Of a stretch of DNA of 64,000 nt, positions 51,901-60,659 are shown piece after piece (positions within the stretch are counted from its first letter, which is position 1; the number at the start of each line of letters is the position of its first letter). A model generated the notes under the pieces. The model did not search any database. It was not told where the DNA came from and saw nothing but the letters and a program-made list of their open reading frames with translations. Origin of the DNA: Mayamaea pseudoterrestris (taxonomy: Eukaryota); NCBI GenBank assembly GCA_027923505.1, contig BROI01000023.1, positions 372,001-436,000 of the forward strand. Reading direction: 5' to 3'. Both the position numbers and the translations under genes were made by a program.

Positions 51901-52120
51901 GCCTGGAGGCTGACAACATGGGTACGGCCTCCACTGTGGGTATGGCCAACACCACAAGTTGCAGATTCTTCCCTGTCAAACGCCCCATGCCCTGGCCACC
52001 CAAATACCCAATGAGTCAGGCAAAACATGTCCAGGGGATGCCATTGACAGGTGCAGAGTCTCAAATGGTGCAAAAAGGACTGCCTGGAGGCTGAAAACAT
52101 GGGTACGGCCTCCACTGTGG
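39950..52120 (+). repeat. Satellite C: 180-181-bp monomer, ~67 highly homogeneous copies
   Basis: 181-bp period of ...GGGTACGGCCTCCACTGTGGGTATGGCCAACACCACAAGTTGCAGATTCTTCCCTGTCAAACGCCCCATGCCCTGG..., with a few recurrent SNPs and A4/A5 length variants. Confidence 0.97.
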
Positions 52121-52250
52121 GGATGGGGAAAAGGTGAGGGACAAGAAAAGGGAGAGAGAAAAGAAAGAAGAGGTAAAAAAAGAGAGGGGAATTAAAGAGA
52201 AAAGGAAGGGTTTCCACAAAAAGCCTTAAGCCCCACTAAAAAAAAAAAAA

Positions 52251-52624
52251 TATTGTCTACCGGTCGTGTCATTTTGTACTGGCCATCCCGTAGGCGGGAT
52301 GGCTCTCGTCCGTCTACAGAACTGGCGGTATAGTCTTCACTGCTGGTAGTGTTTGCACGGCTTCGCTCTGTAGAGTCCCAACATTCGCTGTGTACACCGG
52401 TTCCGGTATTCGATGTACCTGTGGTAGTCTTTCTACGGTTGTCAGTCGTGAATTCTTCGGGTACGGTGAAGTGTGTAGGGTTTGGGCCAGTGGCTGACTT
52501 TCTACTCTCGCCGTCGTAGGAGTGTGGTCGTGAACGGGATGTTCCGTGTCTTGATGCCGCTGGGACCGTGTCGATGTCCTTTTCAATGTTGCTTTGTTCG
52601 TCAGCCAAAACGGGGATCCCAGCA
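52251..52624 (-). repeat. 3' LTR of element 1 (end truncated or corrupted)
   Basis: Starts TGCTGGGATCCCC directly after the PPT and matches 58694-59050. The expected last ~80 bp are replaced by purine-rich low-complexity sequence at 52121-52250. Confidence 0.88.
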
Positions 52625-52634
52625 CCCTTCCCTT
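52625..52634 (-). promoter_or_regulatory. Polypurine tract of element 1
   Basis: AAGGGAAGGG on the minus strand immediately precedes the TG of the 3' LTR. Confidence 0.85.
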
Positions 52635-54262
52635 GGAGAGCGATGGTTTCAGGCATTGAGTCCATCTTGTAGTACTCATCCTCTCCAACTAGGATCCGTG
52701 CATGGCGATTGAAGGTAGAAAGGTCCAAGTTCTTGGTGAAGATGTCGGCCGTGTTCTTCTTGGTTTCAATGTACTTGACAAGGAGGATGCCGTGTTCTTT
52801 GAGCTCTCGAGCGAAGTTATGGCGTACGTCAACATGGCGTGTGCGCCCTCCTGTCTTCCAGCTGTTGATGATGTCGATTGCGCCGCTGTTGTCCATTTCC
52901 AGGACCATTGGTAGTTGGACTTTGAGGCCTATTGACTGAAGAATGGCATGTGTGTGGAGCATGTCTTGTATGACGTCGGTACCTGCGGACATTTCGGACT
53001 CAGTTACTGAAAGGGAGACGTGTTTCTGTAAGCGGCAAACTTCAGCGACGGGAACGCCTTCAAGGAAGGTGATGCCACCGGAATGACTCTTGTGCTTGTC
53101 GGGATCCTTGGCGTAATCTGAATCGCTTCTGGCGCTGATGATAAAGACGTGGTTTGGGCCGGTATACTCGCGGTTTGGGAGGAACAGTCTGCCTCTCTTT
53201 GGTGTTGCACACATGTAGCGGATGGCTCGGTACATGGCTTTCTCGTGGGCTTCTTCTCCCGTCTTCATGGCTCGGCATAAGTCATTTATGGCGTAGAGTG
53301 TCTCTGGTCGAGACCATCGGGCGAGGTAAAGTAGTTTGCCTAGGCCTTGTCGAAGGGTCGTCTGCTTGTTGTTGCTTAGAGCGGAAGGATCGCCTTCTTT
53401 GACGCATGGTAGCACCGTTCCGGGTTGAGCAGGGACGCATGCTTCTTGGCGCCTCGGCGGAGGGATTGTAAACTCGTCTTGTAAGCTTTGCAGGAGGACT
53501 GGTTGCGTCCATCGCATGTAGTTTTCGCCTCGTTCAATCTTGCAACCGATGTACTCGTTCATTGGTCCACCGTCTTCGCCGTCAAAGTGCTGTAGAAGTT
53601 GTTTCTTGGTGTCTTCGATCATGTCCGGAGGGCCGCTTAACAGGAGATCGTCGATGTGCGAGACGATGTGCATGTGGCGGTCGCCATCTTGTTTGTAAAA
53701 CAGGCAAGGGTCGGCAACACTCCGTTCAAATCCTATCTGTCGAAGTGCTTTAACCAGTTGGTCCCAGAACGCTCGCGCAGCTTGTTTAGTTCCGTATAGC
53801 GTGCGCTTGAGTAGCCAAACGTGATTGGGTGGATAGTCGTCTTGGAAACCTTCAGGTATGTGCATGTAACACTCGTGGCCTTCGTCAAACGTGCCGTAGA
53901 GGAATGCTCCGCTTATATCGAAGATGTGTGGCTCGTATCCCATCATGATGGCAAGAGTTGTGACAATCTTGATGGACGTTGGCGATGCTACTGGAGATGA
54001 GATCTTGTTGCTGTCATAATGGATACCGTCCTCTTGCTCGTAGCCTCTTGCTGTGATTCGTGCCTTGTACGTGCCGTTTGACTTCTTCTTGAGCACCCAC
54101 TTGCTTGTCATGCACTTTGTTCGAGGTGGTATCATGCTGCGTGAAACAACTTGGAATGTGCCGTGCTTGATGAGGTTGTCCTTCTCCTTGTGTATTGCCT
54201 TGATCCATTCAGGACGCTCTGGACTGCCCATGGCTTGCTTGAACTTGATCGTGCTCAGGGGA
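52625..54262 (-). pseudogene. pol: Copia reverse transcriptase-RNase H fragment (5'-truncated pol)
   Basis: RT motifs KWVLKKK..YKARITARGYEQ, FDISGAFLYG, LKRTLYGTKQAARAFW, SHIDDLL. RNase H motifs SDSDYAKD, SVTESE, EMDNSGA, RTRHVDVRHNF, NTADIFTKNL. The frame is open but is fused to satellite upstream. Confidence 0.93.
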
Positions 54263-54940
54263 GGCTGAACAGGTACGGCCTCCACTGTGGGTATGGCACC
54301 ACAAGTTGCAGATCTTTCCCTGTCAAACGGCCCATGCCCTGGCCACCCAAATACCCAATGAGTCAAAACATGTCAGGGGTGTGACAGGATAGTCTCAAAT
54401 GGTAAGGAGCTGGAGGCTGACACCATGGAATTACGGCCTCCACTGTGGGTATGGCCAACACCACATGTTACAGATTCTTCCCTGTCAAACGCCCAATGCC
54501 CTGGCCACCCAAATGCCAATCCAGGCAAAACATGTCGGTGCCATTGACAGGTGCATAGTCTCTGTAGTTGCAAAGGACTGCCTGGAGGCTGACACCATGG
54601 ATACGAGCCTCCACTGTGGAGTATGCCAACACCACAAGTTGCAGATTCTTCCTGTCAAGCATGTTGCCTGGCCACCCAAATACCAATGAGTCAGGCAAAC
54701 ATGTTCTAAAAGTATGCCATTGACTGGTGCAGAGGTCTAAATATGGTGCCAAATAGGACTGCCTAGAGGCTGACACGGCCTCCACGTTGGGTATGGCCAA
54801 CACCACAAGATTGCCGATTCTGACCTGTCAAACGCCCCATGCCCTGTACCCAAATACCCGATGAGTCAGGCAAAACATATCCAGGGTATGCCATTGACAG
54901 GTGCAGAGTCTCAAATGGTGCAAAAAGGATTGCCTGGAGA
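54260..54940 (+). repeat. Degenerate Satellite C block (~4 monomers) inside element 1
   Basis: SatC motifs with many small indels lie between the RT fragment and the gag tail. Confidence 0.9.
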
Positions 54941-56480
54941 GGCTGCTCGATTGATGAATCATCTTCCGATGAATAGTCTTTAATCTGATGTGGCTGTAGA
55001 CCGCGCCAATTGGTTTGTGGATATAAAGGCAACGGTGTTGGAGCTGCAGGAGTGCGAGTAGGGAGTGCTGGATAAGTTTCATCAACTAAGTTGGCATGTA
55101 TGAAGGCAAATTTGCTCCTTGAGTTTGTAGAAGGATAACGGTGGCTTGAAGAGGAATGTTGCAAAGAGGAACGATGCGATCGCTGAGTCAACTGAAGGGC
55201 TTCGTGTACTGCTGCAAGTCCTTGTTCGAGTAATGGCGCTTGACGAGGCACTTGTTTGCGCATGATGGTTCGCGGGTGAGGCTCTTGATGATGGTTTTGA
55301 TGCTCAAGTTGACGCGGTTGCTCTTGATGATCTCGGCGACGATAATCATTGTCTCTTGGTTGGTCTCTTGTGCGCTCATTGTTGCGATTCTGGCGATAAC
55401 GACGGTCTTCTTGCTGATCATCATGAGGAGGACGATGATCTTGCTGTTGATTTGAATTGCGAGGACGCTCTCTTGGTTGTTCTAAACCACGTTCTTGTTG
55501 CTCTCATGCTTCTTGATCTTCCATCAGACAGCTTCGTTTGACGAGTTCCATGCGGCATTTTTGACTCGTTCAAAGCAGTCGGCGCTTCGATGATATGGTT
55601 GATGGCAAAGGTAGCATTTGAATGATGGTGGATTTTGCGTGTTGTTAAAGTTGGTTTGAGGGCGTTCATTGCGAGTTGGCGACGCTTGATGCTGACGAGT
55701 GTTTTGTTGGCGTGAAGTTTCTTGTTGCGGCAGTTCTGGTTGCGCTGCATATAGAACAATTTTGTTGACTCCTTGTATTAAAGCTTCTTCGTCTTCTGCT
55801 GCGTAAATTGTTTGGTAGATAGTCGATACGACGCCTTCCATTTCGGTTTTGGTCAATGCGCGTTGCTTGGTCTTTTGCTCTTGTGCTAAAGTGAGGCAGT
55901 ATTGAGGTGGCAGCTTGTTCATGAGCGTAGCCATCAGGTCGTCTGCAAGAAGTGTTTGGTTGAACTTGATGGCTTGCGATTGCATGAGGTCGATGAGGTC
56001 TTGAGGGTTTGCTTTTGGTCGTTCGAGCTTGAGGTTTTGGATGCTTCGTCGATAAAGTGTTGGCGCCATGAACTTGTCTGGAGAGAACTTGATTTCCAAT
56101 GCATTGATAACTTTCCAAGCTTCATCTCCTGGATACTCTGTTGATTCTGCTCCAACAAGATGGTCGTTCAACTCGGGGAATGGCGACAGTGCGATGGAGA
56201 GCATTTGCATGAGCGTTTCATTCTGCTTGCGTTCCGCTTGTTTGTTTCGAATGATTTGGATTTCGTCTGCTGTTGCGTTAGCTGCGGGATCAGTAATGAC
56301 TTCATTTTGAGTAGCTGGTAAGTGCTCGGGTCGACTGCCTCTTATAGGACGACAACAGCCTGCAATTCTTGCATGATTCTTGAACTGGTTGAACCATGAT
56401 GGAAAGGCTTCAATGGTGTTGGTTATCTTTGGCATTTTGTAGAGCGCATTCATAGTGATGTCTTCTTGTTGGTCGGTCAT
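54940..56480 (-). pseudogene. gag: Copia gag with premature stop and frameshift
   Basis: 318-aa ORF (FPSWFNQFKNHA...AWKVINALEIKFSP...LMNKLPPQY) with zinc knuckle CYLCHQPYHRSADC and TGA at 55524-55526. An R/Q/D-rich reading then continues in another frame to the satellite junction. Confidence 0.85.
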
Positions 56481-56488
56481 GGTTGCGA

Positions 56489-58386
56489 TTAGAATGAGTA
56501 GTAAAAGTTTTGGCTATTGGTTGGACGTTGATAGCTAACGTTGTTGTCGGAGAATAAAGATTGACGGTTTGGGGTAGCTAAACATTGCTGACGTGGCCAA
56601 TTGAGTTGCTGATGTGATGGAGTTTGAAAACGTGAACGAGTGTGGAACTGCTGAGCATGTTGATCGCGACGATGGACACATTGTTGATTTGTCACTTGTT
56701 GATTTCGTTGAGCTTGTAAGTGCTGCTGTTGTTGTTGTTGATTAAGAAGATGATTTAAACGAGTTACTTGAGCTTGAAGACTGTTTAAATCGCGTGTATG
56801 ATGAGTTGTAGTGTTGCGAGTGTCGTTGATGCGAGGCTGGACTTGAAGAGTTGGATTGGAGGTTCGGTTTTGCTGTCGGGTTGGCGTGACGATTCGATTT
56901 GCTTGTTGCTGTCTTAAACGCTGCTGGTAAGGACGACTGCTGTTGTCAGTTTGGCGATGGTCCTTTGACTAACAGTGATTGATTGCGTTGAAGATTGATC
57001 GACTTGTTGCGGTGATGCGCCCTCTTTGACTTGCTGTGCCGTCCGTATTGTTGTTGAACGCAGGCCTCGCGATGCGAGGTGCTTCTTGGTAAGTGCTTGA
57101 AACGTTCTGAGAGTGAAGAGTTTGTTGCAATGGTCTCGTGTCTTGGCGAAGCGCTTGACTAACTGGCGCTTGATTTGCTTCTTGTTGGCGAGTCGGATGG
57201 TTCGATCGGTGGGCTTGCGACGTGCTTGTTGGAGATGTTTCTAATTGCTCGTTGGTTGGTGATGAGTTGTTGCTTGGGGAGGGTACGTGTGCTTGCGGGT
57301 TGGCAATGCACACTGAACAAGCGCACGTCGTCTCTGTGTTTATATCTGGTACTTCACAAAGTCTTTGCAAGTCTTGACGTCTGTTTTTCTTCACTTTGCG
57401 GAAGCAGAAACTAGGGTAAGAGTTACTGGATGCGATAGGTTGCTGTTCATTGTTTGTTGCGCAAAGTGTCTTCTAGTAGAAGAATCTCCTTCTCTTCGGG
57501 CGTGAAAGGATCGTTCGGTTGGCAAAGATCAAGGCTCTTGTAAAAGTCTGCTCGCTTTTCATCAAGGAAGATTAATGACTTTGGAGAAAAGATGAAGGCT
57601 TTGAGAAAGGGTATGCTGCTGTCGATGTAACTTGTTTCGACACCCGATTGTGCGGTTCACTCGGCAACTTTTGCTAATTCTTCTTCTTTGAATTCTTCCG
57701 CAATGTGATTGTAAAACACTTCGTTGTTGGCAAGGTCTTTAAACTGATTGAAGCGCTGCTCACAAGCTTGTTCCGGGTTGATTGGCTTTGATGAAGGCGG
57801 CGGTAGAATGCCTCGAAAGATCCAGGTGAAGCGCTTGTCTTCTTCGTCCCAAGTCCAAGGGGTTGGAGGAGAGACGCGTACATACACCAGCCGTATCGAA
57901 GGCGGTGGTTGTAGACTGCTCTTTGATGGTTCCAGTTAAATGCCAGTCTTTGGGGTTGTTCGGTGAAAGTTGGTGTGCGCTACTCTGTTGGAATGCGGCT
58001 TTTGTTGCTGTGCAAATTTGATCGGCGGCGGTAAGACGGATTACTGGATGGCCTTCTGGAGTGACCAATTGGGAACTTGAAGGATTGAACTCGTGTAAAG
58101 TAATGTTGGTGAAGAGGACGACGACTTGTAGAAGGCGTCGTGAAGAATTAAAGACTTGGCGGCTTGTGTTGAAGCGGCGAAGGAAACTGTAAAGAAGGCG
58201 CGTGACTTGTGGAGTGAGAAGCGACTTGAAAAGAGTGCTCGGCAGACTAGGTAAAGTAGTTCTGCTCAACTGATGGAGACTTGAAATCTGCTCGACGACG
58301 TTGGCCTTGATCAAACGCTTGATCCGACTCGAGGTAAACTGAAAGATAAAGGCAAAAGGGTCGCTTGTAGGCTTGCTCTTGCTCAC
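56489..58386 (-). pseudogene. Degraded additional ORF upstream of gag (~630 codons)
   Basis: Fragments 57760-58386, 57657-57887, 56969-57394 and 56489-56695 chain through about two frameshifts and isolated TGA/TAG stops. The chain ends 8 nt before the gag ATG. Confidence 0.6.
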
Positions 58387-58611
58387 TCAATACTCCGCTT
58401 GTTGCTGCAGAGCTTTGGAAATTCGAGGTTGACAGAAAGGGCTTGAAGAAATCCGCGTCCGGTTTTGTTCAATGCTTTGGAAACTTGGTAAAAAGATCTT
58501 GGTTCAATCGGCAAGTAATTACTTTGCTTGAGATCCAAGATGAAGGTCCGTACGGAAGTAGGGAGAAAAGACGGTTTAAACGCTAAAAGACTGGGGAAAC
58601 TTTGAATCTAT

Positions 58612-59050
58612 TGTTAGTAGATCCGCTAGAATGAGACAAAAGTGAAGCGGTCGATTTCACATCCAAGAGTGGCTTCTCATTCATACGTATGTATATTGTC
58701 TACCGGTCGTGTCATTTTGTACTGGCCATCCCGTAGGCGGGATGGCTCTCGTCCGTGTACAGAACTGGCAGTATAGTTTTCACTGCTGGTAGTGTTTGCA
58801 CGGCTTCTCTCTGTAGAGGCCGAACATTCGCTGTGTACGCCGGTTCCAGTATTCGATGTACCTGTGGTAGTCTTTCTACGGTTGTCAGTCGCGAATTCGC
58901 GAATTCTTCGGGTACGGTGAAGTGTGTAGGGTTTGGGCCAGTGGCTGACTTTCTACTCTCGCCGTCGTAGGAGTGTGGTCGTGAACAGGATGTTCCGTGT
59001 CTTTGGACCGTTGTGACCGTGTCGATGTCCTTTTCAAGGGGATCCCAGCA
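58612..59050 (-). repeat. 5' LTR of element 1 (~439 bp)
   Basis: TG start at 59050 abuts satellite. The end ...CTACTAACA at 58612 is inferred because the partner LTR end is corrupted. Confidence 0.8.
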
Positions 59051-60659
59051 TGTTGGCCATACCCACAGTGGAGGCCGTACCCATGGTGTCAGCCTCCAGG
59101 CAGTCCTTTTTGCACTTTTTGAGACTCTGCACCTGTCAATGGCATACCCTGGACATGTTTTGCCTGACTCATTGGGTATTTGGGTGGCCAGGGCATGGGG
59201 CGTTTGACAGGGATGAATCTGCAACTTGTGGTGTTGGCCATACCCACAGTGGAGGCCATACCCATGGTGTCAGCCTCCAGGCAGTCCTTTTTGCACCATT
59301 TGAGACTCTGCACCTGTCAATGGCATACCCTGGACATGTTTTGCCTGACTCATTGGGTATTTGGGTGGCCAGGGCATGGGGCGTTTGACAGGGAAGAATC
59401 TGCAACTTGTGGTGTTGGCCATACCCACAGTGGAGGCCGTACCCATGGTGTCAGCCTCCAGGCAGTCCTTTTTGCACCATTTGAGACTATGCACCTGTCA
59501 ATGGCATACCCTGGACATGTTTTGCCTGACTCATTGGGTATTTGGGTGGCCAGGGCATGGGGCATTTGACAGGGATGAATCTGCAACTTGTGGTGTTGGC
59601 CATACCCACAGTGGAGGCCGTACCCATGGTGTCAGCCTCCAGGCAGTCCGTTTTGCACCATTTGAGACTATGCACCTGTCAATGGCATACCCTGGACATG
59701 TTTTGCATGACTCATTGGGTATTTGGGTGGCCAGGGCATGGGGCGTTTGACAGTGAAGAATCTGCAACTTGTGGTGTTGGCCATACCCACCGTTGAGGCC
59801 GTACCCATGGTGTCAGCCTCCAGGCAGTCCTTTTTGCACCATTTCAGACTCTGCACCTGTCAATGGCATACCCTGGACATGTTTTGCCTGACTCATTGGG
59901 TATTTGGGTGGCCAGGGCATGGGGCGTTTGACAGGGAAGAATCTGCAACTTGTGGTGTTGGCCATACCCACAGTGGAGACCGTACCCATGGTGTCAGCCT
60001 CCAGGCAGTCCTTTTTGCACCATTTGAGACTATGCACCTGTCAATGGCACACCCTGGACATGTTTTGCCTGACTCATTGGGTATTTGGGTGGCCAGGGCA
60101 TGGGGCGTTTGACAGGGAAGAATCTGCAACTTGTGGTGTTGGCCATACCCACAGTGGAGGCCGTACCCATGGTGTAAGCCTCCAGGCAGTCCTTTTTGCA
60201 CCATTTGAGACTCTGCACCTGTCAATGGCATACCCTGGACATGTTTTGCCTGACTCATTGGGTATTTGGGTGGCCAGGGCATGGGGCGTTTGACAGGGAA
60301 GAATCTGCAACTTGTGGTGTTGGCCATACCCACAGTGGAGGCCGTACCCATGGTGTCAGCCTCCAGGCAGTCCTTTTTGCACCATTTGAGACTATGCACC
60401 TGTCAATGGCATACCCTGGACATGTTTTGCCTGACTCATTGGGTATTTGGGTGGCCAGGGCATGGGAATCTGCAACTTGTGGTGTTGGCCATACCCACAG
60501 TAGAGGCTGTACCCATGGTGTCAGCCTCCAGGCAGTCCTTTTTGCACCATTTGAGACTCTGCACCTGTCATTGGCATACCCTGGACATGTTTTGCCTGAC
60601 TCATTGGGTATTTGGGTGGCCAGGGCATGGGGTGTTTGACAGGGAAGAATCTGCAACTT
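59051..60659 (-). repeat. Satellite C, inverted orientation, ~9 monomers
   Basis: Reverse complement of the SatC monomer with 181-bp period; one copy has a short deletion near 60465. Confidence 0.97.

Larger units (their letters stand above)
52251..59050 (-). mobile_element. Ty1/copia LTR retrotransposon 1, decayed and rearranged (protease/integrase absent)
   Basis: Direct-repeat LTRs (52251-52624 and 58612-59050), PPT, gag with CCHC knuckle and copia-type RT-RNaseH, all on the minus strand. Confidence 0.9.

Noticed and set aside
29126..52120. Hundreds of 60-250 aa ORFs in the satellites as a tandem gene family
   Set aside because: They occur in many frames on both strands, SatB and SatC periods are not multiples of three, frameshifting A4/A5 variants are common, and there is no domain similarity.
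30928..52120. CRISPR-like repeat-spacer array
   Set aside because: Units repeat end to end with no unique spacers, there are no cas genes, and the context is eukaryotic.
29166..52120. 5S rRNA, tRNA or snRNA tandem gene arrays
   Set aside because: I could not recognise a 5S core, tRNA cloverleaf or snRNA signature in any monomer; an Rfam search would be definitive.
52192..54366. 724-aa satellite-RT fusion protein
   Set aside because: The N-terminal residues are incidental satellite translation with a non-ATG start, and the last residues come from the noisy poly-A patch.
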